IMG/VR virus record: IMGVR_UViG_3300025840_004398
Reading direction: 5' to 3' (one strand)
DNA from: a virus
Lineage: Duplodnaviria; Caudoviricetes
Length of the DNA: 64,000 nucleotides
The notes below the pieces were generated by a model. That model saw only the letters and a list, made by a program, of their open reading frames with translations, was not told where the DNA came from and made no database searches. A program made the position numbers and the translations under genes. This document shows, piece by piece, positions 9,748 through 19,553 of the stretch. The first letter of the stretch is position 1. Each line of letters opens with the position of its first letter.

Positions 9748-12700
9748 ATGGCTACAGAATGGAATCAAACAACATTTTTATCAACTTCAGGTGGTGAGGT
9801 AGCACAATTTATTTCAGGTGCAGTTGCATCAGGTGGAAGTGGTGGAAGTTCTTCATCAAGTGGTAATACTGGTAGTATAACAATAACTGAAGATACTTCT
9901 ATTGATTTTGGAAATGCATTTAGCTATCCAGCATACTCTGTTGACCACCAATCAAATGGTAAACTTATAGTTGGTGCAACTAACAATTCATATGATGGAA
10001 CTAATAATTCAACAAAAATATTTAGATTAGCTACTGATGGTACTTTAGATACTTCATTTGGTAACAGAGGTGGAATAACTTATCCTGGTGTTGATAATAT
10101 GTCTTACCCAAGGGTAAAAGTTGACCCTATAAATGATAAGATATATGTAAATCCACGATATGGAAAGTTGTATGAAACAACCGGTACAAATGAAAGTCAA
10201 TTATATTATGGTTCACCTCTAACAAGACTTTCTTATTTGTTTAGGTTAAATTCTGATGGTAGTTATGATACAACTTTTAATTCAAATGTATATTCTACAT
10301 TTGGGGGACAATATTCTGCTACAAGTTACCTTATATCAGATTTTGATTTACAAAGTGATGGTAAAATCATAGTAACATCTGAAAAATCAGGTTCTTTATT
10401 TAGATTAAATCAAAATGGTACTTTAGATAATACATTTAGAAATGGACCTTTAACCGGTTCAACTCAAATGGGAGATGCAACACCTCCAATGAATACAGGA
10501 TATCCTAGAACTGTTGTTGTTTTACCCGATGATTCAATTGTTTTCGATATTGCAGATAATACAACATATGAAACATCATCTTTAGGATATAGTAATACCT
10601 TCCATTATACCAGAAGGCCAATAAGAAAAGCATCAGCTGATGGTGCATTGGATACTACATTTAATTCCAATCAAAGTAATTATTATGGGCCAAATACCAG
10701 AGCTGTAAGATATTCTCACACTCCACATACTATGTTTGCATGGAATGATGGAACTCTTATAATGGGAGGTATTGGAACTCAAATATCAGGTTCAAATACA
10801 TCTCAAAGTTTAGATTTTAGTAGAGTATTCGTACCTGAGTATGGAATACCTGGATATTCATCATATCCTTGGTCAACTCCTTCTGTATTAACTCAAATAT
10901 CCCAAAGTGATGCAACCTATATACCAAATGGTAGTAGTGGATTTGTTATAAACGATGTTGGATTGAGAAATGCTGGTCGTAGTAATTCTTGGCCAAAAGG
11001 ATATGACGATTTAGTTACTGATATAGAAAGAGATAAAGTTGGTAACCATTGGGTAGCTGGTATTTTTAATAATTGGGTTGATAAAAGTGGTAATGTTACT
11101 GAAACAGATTGGTATCAGAATCATGCTATACCAACAGAACAACATATTTTAAGAATAAGACCTGATGGTAATATTGATATGTTGGATTCTCCATATTTGG
11201 ATACCGATACAAGTACAGTTAGTTGGGGTATTATAACAGAACCTATAAGTGATATTGCACTATGGCATGATACAGATGATATAAAAGTAACATTTGTTGG
11301 TAAGTTTGATAATGTAAGTTCTGCTAAAGGTGGTATTCTTCAATTTAAAGTAGCAAATGCATATGGATTCACACATACAGTTGGTACATATAATGATGGT
11401 AGATATGAATTATCATGTGATAAATCGGGTTCAGTAACAGAAGGACAAACTATTACTTGGACATTGCACACTAGAGGAGTTCCAACAGGTAATGTTGCTT
11501 ACACAATTAGTGGAATTACATCTGCCGATTTATCCGCTGGTAGTTTAACTGGTAACTTTAATGTAAATTATCATACCTATAAATGGGGAAGTCAAGTATC
11601 TGTAACTTTAGCAGATGATGGTACTTATGAAACTGAAAATATAACACTTACACTTGATGGAACTGGAATATCACAAACAATTTCAATAACTGATACAACA
11701 TCACAACCATCTGGTGGAGGTGGTGGTGTACCTGGAGCAGGAGTTTATTCTAATGATTGGATGGAAGTTTCTGGTAGTACTACCTTTAATTTGGTATCAG
11801 GAAGTGAAATGACATATAAAATAACTTTAACAGATAACAGTTATTGGAGTAATACCTCTGTTGATGTAACATCTGGTGATTTTTATTTTCGAAACTTCAA
11901 TTATCCTGTCAATAATGCAACTCATGGAGCAACACTTAGAGCAACAGATAGAGGTTTTACTGAAGTTCAATTTGATTTAGATGATAGTTATGGTACAATT
12001 ACTGGAAGTCATTTATTTTTTCACGATGGTGTAGCTGAGTTTAAAGCAATTTATAAGGATTCAACTTATCCAGCATACACAGCATCTGCTATAACTAATG
12101 GTGATTACTTAACATATAAACCAGGATTGTGGAGGCTTTATAAAAATGGAACTGGTGATATTACATATTCTCCGGGAGTTGGTTCTAATGATTATAGAAA
12201 CATAGCACATAGTTCATCAATCAATTGGACTTTACAAGATTGGCCATCTACATCTACAACTTCTTCAATAAGTCAAAGACTTACTTTATATCCCAATAAA
12301 ACTATATATTGGGTTAGTAGGTCATTAGATGATGGTGCTTCTGGATATCCAAATGGTCAAACATATAGTAGTGTAAATACTCTTAATACTCCAATGAAAA
12401 TTGGTGATTACATTTATGATGCAACGGGTTCTATTCGAAGTACATATAGTGACTTTGTTGCAACTCATAATTCGGGTACAAGCAGTTATTTTGATTTCTC
12501 AGACCCATCTCCATATGCACCTCATAGACATGCCGCTATTTCTAAAGGACAAGTAATTAAGACTTGGTATAATGATGGTCAAAAACAAGGAAATTGGAAT
12601 CCTGTTATAAAATCTTTATTTACTGGTTCATATGAATGGACAGTAGATTCACCTGAATATAATAAAGTAAGAACCTTTGAAGTTCAATCAAAAGAAGGGT

Positions 12701-13665
12701 GGTGGTATAGATTTAATACACGAGGAACCACAACATTACGTTCCACAGTAGAACCTACTTTGTATTTAACTGAAAGTGGAGATAGTGGAACAACTTTTAC
12801 TCAAGGAACTCATTACACAGATGATGTTTTTGGTGATGTATCTCAAGGATGGGCTAAGGAAATAGTTTCTATGAGTGTTAATACAAATACTCCACCTACA
12901 TCAGCAACAAATTACTCTACAACAAGAGAAATATATTATCTGTCATCAAATTCTAAACGAAATTTTGGTTGGACAAATTATATAAGTGGTGTAAGTGGTA
13001 GTTTACTATTTTATAGACAGAGTGGTTCTTATGGAGAACAAAATGTAATAGAATCTTATACTTCGGCTTCTGATACTGATTATTTATCATACCCCTGGAG
13101 AAGAAATGGAATTCCAAGTGGACAATCTGATGAAGGGGATGTTAATTACCATGAAGCTTCTCCTGATACAATGCAAGGTAATCGTTACATACATTATAAT
13201 GGTGCAATGTACATGAGAACTCAAAAGGGATTGCCTTATCCAACGACCAATACACAAGGAGATGCTACATTTGTTTGGAAGTATGATATACAATCTTTAG
13301 ATAATACTCAAGGTATATTTTATTTAGGTACTGATATAAATGGAAACATAATTAGTGGTTCTAATAATTTAAATATTGGTGGTACTTATAACTATCCAAC
13401 TGACCTAAGTGGATTTGCTTGGTCAAGTACAACAAAGTTCACTTGCGGTACAGGAAATAAATGGCCTGCAAATGGTGATACTATATATTATTATGATGGA
13501 CCTTTAGCAGGTAATGCATTTACCGCTCCTTCTAATGGTACTTGGTATGTTGTGTTTACCGCTGAAGTACCCACTACTGATTTAACTCTTCATTCGAGTA
13601 CATGGAATAGAATGCAAATAAATACTGATGGTTCAATAGGAACTGTTTTAAATAATATTTCATAA
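9748..13665 (+). CDS. Virion/adhesin protein with delta-60 (DUF5122-type) beta-propeller repeats and a Calx-beta/Ig-like domain
   Basis: Repeated motifs QSNGKLIVG, FRLATDGTLDTSFG, FRLNSDGSYDTTFN, LQSDGKIIV, FRLNQNGTLDNTF; Ig-like block SVTEGQTITWTL...VAYTISG...TLADD. Confidence 0.65.
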   Translation: MATEWNQTTFLSTSGGEVAQFISGAVASGGSGGSSSSSGNTGSITITEDTSIDFGNAFSYPAYSVDHQSNGKLIVGATNNSYDGTNNSTKIFRLATDGTLDTSFGNRGGITYPGVDNMSYPRVKVDPINDKIYVNPRYGKLYETTGTNESQLYYGSPLTRLSYLFRLNSDGSYDTTFNSNVYSTFGGQYSATSYLISDFDLQSDGKIIVTSEKSGSLFRLNQNGTLDNTFRNGPLTGSTQMGDATPPMNTGYPRTVVVLPDDSIVFDIADNTTYETSSLGYSNTFHYTRRPIRKASADGALDTTFNSNQSNYYGPNTRAVRYSHTPHTMFAWNDGTLIMGGIGTQISGSNTSQSLDFSRVFVPEYGIPGYSSYPWSTPSVLTQISQSDATYIPNGSSGFVINDVGLRNAGRSNSWPKGYDDLVTDIERDKVGNHWVAGIFNNWVDKSGNVTETDWYQNHAIPTEQHILRIRPDGNIDMLDSPYLDTDTSTVSWGIITEPISDIALWHDTDDIKVTFVGKFDNVSSAKGGILQFKVANAYGFTHTVGTYNDGRYELSCDKSGSVTEGQTITWTLHTRGVPTGNVAYTISGITSADLSAGSLTGNFNVNYHTYKWGSQVSVTLADDGTYETENITLTLDGTGISQTISITDTTSQPSGGGGGVPGAGVYSNDWMEVSGSTTFNLVSGSEMTYKITLTDNSYWSNTSVDVTSGDFYFRNFNYPVNNATHGATLRATDRGFTEVQFDLDDSYGTITGSHLFFHDGVAEFKAIYKDSTYPAYTASAITNGDYLTYKPGLWRLYKNGTGDITYSPGVGSNDYRNIAHSSSINWTLQDWPSTSTTSSISQRLTLYPNKTIYWVSRSLDDGASGYPNGQTYSSVNTLNTPMKIGDYIYDATGSIRSTYSDFVATHNSGTSSYFDFSDPSPYAPHRHAAISKGQVIKTWYNDGQKQGNWNPVIKSLFTGSYEWTVDSPEYNKVRTFEVQSKEGWWYRFNTRGTTTLRSTVEPTLYLTESGDSGTTFTQGTHYTDDVFGDVSQGWAKEIVSMSVNTNTPPTSATNYSTTREIYYLSSNSKRNFGWTNYISGVSGSLLFYRQSGSYGEQNVIESYTSASDTDYLSYPWRRNGIPSGQSDEGDVNYHEASPDTMQGNRYIHYNGAMYMRTQKGLPYPTTNTQGDATFVWKYDIQSLDNTQGIFYLGTDINGNIISGSNNLNIGGTYNYPTDLSGFAWSSTTKFTCGTGNKWPANGDTIYYYDGPLAGNAFTAPSNGTWYVVFTAEVPTTDLTLHSSTWNRMQINTDGSIGTVLNNIS

Positions 13666-13676
13666 AAGGAATAATT

Positions 13677-14000
13677 ATGTTTTTAAAATCAAATGACATA
13701 TTTACATTGGAAAACTTAATATCGGCAAGAGATAAAACTATTGTTATGTTTGGTGTTAAGTGGTGCGAACAGTGCCAATCTATAAAAAAAGAGTTTATAA
13801 AATTAGAACCAACCGAAAGAAGTAGAGATATTGATTTTATTTATTGTGATGTAGATAAAAACCAAAATATTTCGGATTTGGTAGAAATACAAAAATTACC
13901 AACATTTGTTTCTTTTAATAGAACTAACGTAGTATTAAAACACGAAGGTAAAACAAAAAAAGATATTATAAAAACATTAAAGTCATTTGCTAAGATATGA
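13677..14000 (+). CDS. Thioredoxin-family protein
   Basis: WCEQC CxxC motif, YCDVD and LPTFV (cis-Pro) elements. Confidence 0.85.
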   Translation: MFLKSNDIFTLENLISARDKTIVMFGVKWCEQCQSIKKEFIKLEPTERSRDIDFIYCDVDKNQNISDLVEIQKLPTFVSFNRTNVVLKHEGKTKKDIIKTLKSFAKI

Positions 14001-16468
14001 GTATAACTAGATTTGGAAGATTTTACACATTTGGTAATGGAAAGACCCTTCAATTTATAAGTGGTTCTATTCCTACTAACTATACATATACATTATCTTT
14101 AAGCTCAAATACAGTTGATGAGGGAGATACTGTTGTTATTACTCTTACTTCTTCTCAAAGACAACCAAATGGTACACAGATTCCATACACCATTTCTGGT
14201 AATAATATCTATACTTCTGATTTTGTTTCAATACCTGGTTTAAGTGGTAATTTTACATTACAAAATAACACAGGTTCTGTTAGTTTAGAAATTGCAGAAG
14301 ATTATTCAACAGAAGGTGGAGAAGTTTTTACTTTAACTTTGGATAACGAAAACGTAAGTGCTAGTGTAAGTGTAAATGATACATCAATAGTAGGTGGTAA
14401 TGCAACTTATTCTTTAACTCATACAGGAACACCTCAATCTGGATATGTTGGTGGTACTATGGAAGGGACTACTGTTACATTTACATTAACAACTACAAAT
14501 ATTCCAGATGGAAATCATGTTTCTTATTCAGTAAGTAATATATATTCAAACGATATAGGTGAAGCGGATTTAGATTTAACAAATTCCTCAAATTATCCAG
14601 ATGGTAGTTTTATAATCAACAACAATTCTGCAACTGCAAGTTTTAAACTAAAATCAGACTTTGAAACAGAAGGTTCGGAATATCTTAGATTGAGAGTTTA
14701 TGATGTTAATTCAGCAACTCAAACTGATATAGAAACTGCTTTTATTTACGATACTAGTTTAAATTGGGATTTGGGGGATTCGGGTCCTTCTAATACAATT
14801 GCATTTACAAATAATACATCTCAATCTGTTTATTTCGATACCCAAAGTGCTGCATTAGAAATATGTGATGCAACTCACTTTTCAAATTCGGAAGAATGGC
14901 CAATAGAAATACAATTCAAAAGTGGTAGTAGTAGTACATATAGAACAAGTTTAGATGAAGTTGAAGTTGATGATGAAGTTTATTATACACTTGGTAATCA
15001 AACCTTTCAATTAAATTATCAAGGAGTAGGTGCTCAACCCCAAGTACTACAATTTTATGGATTCTCTTCTACTTGGAGGGGAGTTCCAACTCATATATTT
15101 AGAGTAGAAAATGGAGTGGTTAAAGGAACATTTCCCGTAGGTTACTATGGTAAACTTTTAATATCAAATGACTATGGAGGAAAATGGAGAAGTACAAGTG
15201 TAGGAGGTGCTTTTGTAGTTAACGCTAATGGTATATTACATGATGCATTAACTTCATCTGGTGGTGCTATACGTTCTGTTATTGATAGCCAAAATAGAGT
15301 AATCGTTTTAAATAATAATAATACTAATGGTGGTTTCAAAAGATTAAATACAGATGGAACCTTAGATACTGTATTTAGTGCAAGTCATTTTGATACTGTT
15401 GAGGGAAGTTCAGCTATTTTATACAACGTTGGTGTAGATAGTGAAGATAATGTTATATTTGGTGTTCCTACTGAAACGACTGATTCTCTTCTTTATTACT
15501 ATACCGCCTCACTACGATATACACCAACAATACAAGGTGTAACGAATTGGGAACCTGCTGCAAGAAGGTTAGAAAAAGTAAGTGGTAGTTTGGACCAAAC
15601 TTATTCTACAAGTTCCCTTGTACCTGCTTTTATCCAATCAAGATATACCCAAGTAAATCATTGGGTTACTTTACCTAATCAAGAAATGGTTGGTATCGGT
15701 GAAATGAATATAGTAAATTCTAATTCTTACCCATCTGGAATTACTGGTTCTATTTATGCTCACATAGATTCTGATGGTAATTTCAAAAAAGGAAGTGGAT
15801 TTAACTTTAATCAAGATTACATTCACTCATATGGGGGTAGTAGTCCTGGAGCTGGACCAAACGCTGGAATATACATACCTCAAATATTAAATACAGATTA
15901 CAGAGAACTTTTAATTGTTGGAGGAGATTTTACATCATTTGTAAAAAATGGTACAACTTATAATCAAAATGGATTATTGTGTTTAAGTTCATCGGGTGAG
16001 TTGGTAGATTTATTTAGTGGTAGTGATGATGGATTCTCACATGATAGTGGTGATTCTTCCATATGGCCAACAGATATAGATTTTAGTGGAAGTCATTTGG
16101 TAGTAAGTGGTAGATTCCATGAATGGGATAATTATCCTGCAAATGGAATAATATTATTCAAATGGGATAATACTAAAGAAAAGTTTGTACACGATAGAGC
16201 ATTTAATTCAACAACTGGTTCGGTAAATAATGGTACTAAATTATATTTTAATAGTGTAACATTTGGTATTGATGGTAATATATACGCAATAGGTGGTAAT
16301 GATTATTGGAATGGTACTGATTATTGGGGAAGTGCATGGGGAACTGTATGGAAATTTGATTTAGAAGGAAATGTAGATTTAACTTGGGTAGCTAATGCGG
16401 GTAATGGATATGAAGCTAGTTTATTTGGTTGGCAGAAAATCAGAGCTTTTAAAAATTTAGTTTCATAA
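13997..16468 (+). CDS. Virion/adhesin protein with two Calx-beta/Ig-like domains and a delta-60-like propeller
   Basis: TVDEGDTVVITL...IPYTISG...IAEDYSTEGGEVFTLTL, repeated as MEGTTVTFTL...SDFETEGSEYL; KRLNTDGTLDTVF. Confidence 0.6.
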   Translation: MSITRFGRFYTFGNGKTLQFISGSIPTNYTYTLSLSSNTVDEGDTVVITLTSSQRQPNGTQIPYTISGNNIYTSDFVSIPGLSGNFTLQNNTGSVSLEIAEDYSTEGGEVFTLTLDNENVSASVSVNDTSIVGGNATYSLTHTGTPQSGYVGGTMEGTTVTFTLTTTNIPDGNHVSYSVSNIYSNDIGEADLDLTNSSNYPDGSFIINNNSATASFKLKSDFETEGSEYLRLRVYDVNSATQTDIETAFIYDTSLNWDLGDSGPSNTIAFTNNTSQSVYFDTQSAALEICDATHFSNSEEWPIEIQFKSGSSSTYRTSLDEVEVDDEVYYTLGNQTFQLNYQGVGAQPQVLQFYGFSSTWRGVPTHIFRVENGVVKGTFPVGYYGKLLISNDYGGKWRSTSVGGAFVVNANGILHDALTSSGGAIRSVIDSQNRVIVLNNNNTNGGFKRLNTDGTLDTVFSASHFDTVEGSSAILYNVGVDSEDNVIFGVPTETTDSLLYYYTASLRYTPTIQGVTNWEPAARRLEKVSGSLDQTYSTSSLVPAFIQSRYTQVNHWVTLPNQEMVGIGEMNIVNSNSYPSGITGSIYAHIDSDGNFKKGSGFNFNQDYIHSYGGSSPGAGPNAGIYIPQILNTDYRELLIVGGDFTSFVKNGTTYNQNGLLCLSSSGELVDLFSGSDDGFSHDSGDSSIWPTDIDFSGSHLVVSGRFHEWDNYPANGIILFKWDNTKEKFVHDRAFNSTTGSVNNGTKLYFNSVTFGIDGNIYAIGGNDYWNGTDYWGSAWGTVWKFDLEGNVDLTWVANAGNGYEASLFGWQKIRAFKNLVS

Positions 16469-16483
16469 AATAAAAATTTATGT

Positions 16484-16795
16484 ATGGATAAAGGTAACAA
16501 AAAATTAGCAGAAGCTAAGTTTTCTGATAATAGAAAAAAAATAATTAAAGCAGAAAAAATTATATCAGAATTAAGTGGTTATAAGTTTAGATGGAATGAA
16601 GGTCAAAATTCTTATATAGGAACTGATTATGGTTTTTTGGGTAATGAACTAAAAAACAATGAATATCTTAAAGACTTGGTAATAGAAAACGAAGGAATTC
16701 ATTATATTAGATATGAATCTATTGTAACCATATTGGCAGAGTCAGTAAAAATTTTACAAGAAAAAGTTAAAATTTTAGAACAAAATAAAAAATAA
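16484..16795 (+). CDS. Stand-alone peptidase S74-like chaperone domain
   Basis: FSDNRKK...ELSGYKFRWN...DYGFLGNEL...IRYESIVTILAESVKILQEKV aligns by eye with the S74 domains of ORFs 1 and 1374. Confidence 0.65.
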   Translation: MDKGNKKLAEAKFSDNRKKIIKAEKIISELSGYKFRWNEGQNSYIGTDYGFLGNELKNNEYLKDLVIENEGIHYIRYESIVTILAESVKILQEKVKILEQNKK

Positions 16796-16798
16796 TTT

Positions 16799-17797
16799 AT
16801 GGAATATGATGTATATTGTTCCACCGGAGGAGGTCCTTGGGTAAATGCAGGTACTGATACTTGGGTAAATCTATGGATGGAGTTAGTTGCTCCTCATTTA
16901 AAGGTAAAACCTATACTTTTATTACATAGAAACAAACCAAAAGGACACGAAGATTACCAATTTCCAATTGAAGCTCATTGGCATGGAGATAATATTGAAA
17001 AATTTGATGAATTGTGTAAAGGTGCTCGTAGAATAAACATATTACATGGTCATTATACTCCTATGAGATGTATTGTAGATAATAAAGACAAAATACACTC
17101 AAATGTAATTCATAATTCAGTAAATCACATAATAATGTCTCAAGTTGCAACCGATGCACCACGAGGATGGTATCCTTATTTGGATTCTGCTTGGGAAAAG
17201 GATATAAATGAATGGGCTAAACATTCAATATGGATTGGTTTATTTAATATTCCTTACAAAAACAAAAATATTCGAAATTTTTATGAGTTTGAACATAACT
17301 TACCTTTAAGTAAATCAAATAAAATGGGATTTGCCTCAAGATGTGAGGGAAGAAAAAACCCCCACTTTTTAGATAAAAAAGATTGTTTTATTTTTACAAA
17401 TTCAAGAGAGTTTAAGGTTATTTGGAAACAAGGAGCTGGTGTTGAATGTCATAATGCAAGAATATATCACTATGACTCTTCCTTTAAAGACAAATTTTGG
17501 AATATGGATTGGGGTATATCACATTCTTGTTTTGTAGCCGAACCATTTGGGTATGGAATTTTTCAGGCAGTAGATTATGGTAAATTACCAATAATTCATA
17601 AGTTTTGGTGTAAAGATTTGGATTATCCATATAGAGCTCAAACTAAAAAAGAGTTTGATGATATTTATAATAAGTTAAGAGAAACCCCTTACGAAGAAAA
17701 AAATAAGTGGTTTTTACATTTAAAACAATATATGATTGAAAATTTTACCAACAAAGATAAGTGGGTAGAAGAATTACTCAATATTTATAATGTATAG
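16799..17797 (+). CDS. Glycosyltransferase, GT-B/GT4-like
   Basis: N-terminal GGGPWVNAGTDTW loop; C-terminal AEPFGYGIFQAVDYGKLPII resembles the GT4 EPFG...EA...G.PVI signature. Confidence 0.6.
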   Translation: MEYDVYCSTGGGPWVNAGTDTWVNLWMELVAPHLKVKPILLLHRNKPKGHEDYQFPIEAHWHGDNIEKFDELCKGARRINILHGHYTPMRCIVDNKDKIHSNVIHNSVNHIIMSQVATDAPRGWYPYLDSAWEKDINEWAKHSIWIGLFNIPYKNKNIRNFYEFEHNLPLSKSNKMGFASRCEGRKNPHFLDKKDCFIFTNSREFKVIWKQGAGVECHNARIYHYDSSFKDKFWNMDWGISHSCFVAEPFGYGIFQAVDYGKLPIIHKFWCKDLDYPYRAQTKKEFDDIYNKLRETPYEEKNKWFLHLKQYMIENFTNKDKWVEELLNIYNV

Positions 17798-17806
17798 GAG
17801 AATAAT

Positions 17807-19114
17807 ATGGCAAGAAGTTCAGGAGATACTTTATCATTAAACAATTTAGCAGGAGCATTGGGTGAAACTCAAAACTCAAATGTATCTTTAAACACATTAA
17901 ATGGTAGTGCTAATTCCACTGTATCAATAGACCAATATGGAATTGATTCGGTTGGTTCAATTAGTGGTTATCGTTACTTAGTAGAGGGAGATGGTGACCA
18001 ATATACTTTAACATTTGTTGAAGCAGGAACTAAGCATGTAAATATAGCCAATCAAACCGCAAATTTTACTTGGACAGTTCAAGCCGGTTCTTATTTATCA
18101 AAGTCAGGTGCTGGTGATAAAACACAGACATTTGTAGCATCAGATATGAATCCACAATCTCCAAGTGCACAAACTGTATTACAAACAGTTAGAGATAACA
18201 CAATAAGAGTGGTTTATAATGATGGATTTAATGACCATGCTACAAACTACAATACAAATGTAGATAAAACAGTAACTGCTGTTGACTCATATGATGGTAA
18301 CGCAACTGCTTTATGTCTACGTTCTGACTCTCCTATTACAAAAGCAGACGGAACAATTGTACAAATTGGAGATTTGGAAGAAGGAGATTTCTTACAAGGA
18401 TTTCAAATAAACAATTTACAAAAAGATACAGATGGACAAAGTAATTTCTTAAATTGGAATGAAGATAATTTAGAAGTTACTCCAGTTGAAGTAGAAGTAA
18501 AAAATGTTGTATATTCATTTTCTAATAAAATTTACAATATAAATGAAGGTGAAGTTAGAGCAACGATTGAACATCCGTTTTTAGTAAAAGATGTAAATGG
18601 TAAATTTAGATTTTTAGAAACAAGAAGATTAATGATTGGTGATAGCCTCATCAAATATACCGAAAGTGGTACTGAAGAAATTGAAATAAATTCTATTGAA
18701 ATAGAAACAGAAGATGTGGAGATTGTATCTATTGACGTTGCTGAACAAGATACTTATTTGGTTAACGGATATATAACTCACAACAAATCAGGAGATTCAC
18801 ATACTGATTTAGGTGCACCTTCTACCGTTAGTGGTTTATCATTCTCTGACCCTAACTTAACTTGGACTGCGGTTAGTGGAGCATCTTCTTACAGAATTGA
18901 AATAGATGATGCATCAAACTTCTCATCACCTAATACTACATATACTGAGTGGAGTACTAATTCAATTCGATTGGGTCGTTCTTTCAATGCAAGTACTGAA
19001 AACATTTCACCAGTAGCATTAGCAGCAGGAACTTGGTATGTTAGAATCAAAGCGATTGACCACGGACTATTATCAACAAACTGGTCATCTACTATAACAT
19101 TATCAATAACATAA
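17807..19114 (+). CDS. Virion-associated protein with central Hint (intein-like) domain and C-terminal fibronectin-III-like domain
   Basis: Hint about 18314-18784: C1 in ALCLRSDSPI, block B ATIEHPF, terminal ITHN followed by K. FnIII-like LTWTAVSGASSYRIEID...WYVRIKA. Confidence 0.75.
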   Translation: MARSSGDTLSLNNLAGALGETQNSNVSLNTLNGSANSTVSIDQYGIDSVGSISGYRYLVEGDGDQYTLTFVEAGTKHVNIANQTANFTWTVQAGSYLSKSGAGDKTQTFVASDMNPQSPSAQTVLQTVRDNTIRVVYNDGFNDHATNYNTNVDKTVTAVDSYDGNATALCLRSDSPITKADGTIVQIGDLEEGDFLQGFQINNLQKDTDGQSNFLNWNEDNLEVTPVEVEVKNVVYSFSNKIYNINEGEVRATIEHPFLVKDVNGKFRFLETRRLMIGDSLIKYTESGTEEIEINSIEIETEDVEIVSIDVAEQDTYLVNGYITHNKSGDSHTDLGAPSTVSGLSFSDPNLTWTAVSGASSYRIEIDDASNFSSPNTTYTEWSTNSIRLGRSFNASTENISPVALAAGTWYVRIKAIDHGLLSTNWSSTITLSIT

Positions 19115-19142
19115 TATTTTTTACGTTTTGAAAAAATCTATA

Positions 19143-19150
19143 TATTTATA
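19143..19150 (+). promoter_or_regulatory. Putative late-promoter motif TATTTATA
   Basis: Intergenic, upstream of ORF 19184. Confidence 0.45.
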
Positions 19151-19183
19151 TATATAAATTAAAAACAATTAAAATTTTCAAAA

Positions 19184-19477
19184 ATGGCAGAAACAATTAA
19201 GTTTACAGAAGAAGAAATTCAATCAATCAATGAATTAAGGGTAGAAGTATCTAATGTATTTACACAATTAGGACAACTTCAAATTGAAAAACAAAGAAGA
19301 ACTCAAGAAATTGAGGGTATTGAATCTCAGTTAATCCAAAAACATTCAGAACTTGCACAAAAAGAACGAGAATTGTTCAAAGGATTGAACGAAAAATATG
19401 GAGATGGTAACTTTGACCCGGCAACAGGTGAATTCACTCCAACTCCAAAAGAAGAAACATCTGAAGTAGAAGGATAA
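19184..19477 (+). CDS. Hypothetical coiled-coil protein
   Basis: 97-aa ORF with helical heptads, ending KYGDGNFDPATGEF. Confidence 0.6.
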   Translation: MAETIKFTEEEIQSINELRVEVSNVFTQLGQLQIEKQRRTQEIEGIESQLIQKHSELAQKERELFKGLNEKYGDGNFDPATGEFTPTPKEETSEVEG

Positions 19478-19503
19478 AAATAATCTTTCGATTTAGTTGG
19501 TTA

Positions 19504-19511
19504 TACTTATA
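19504..19511 (+). promoter_or_regulatory. Putative late-promoter motif TACTTATA
   Basis: Upstream of the tail sheath gene, followed by AAGGAG. Confidence 0.45.
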
Positions 19512-19553
19512 TAAGAGTATATTATACAAAAAATTAACAAGGAGTAATATAAA

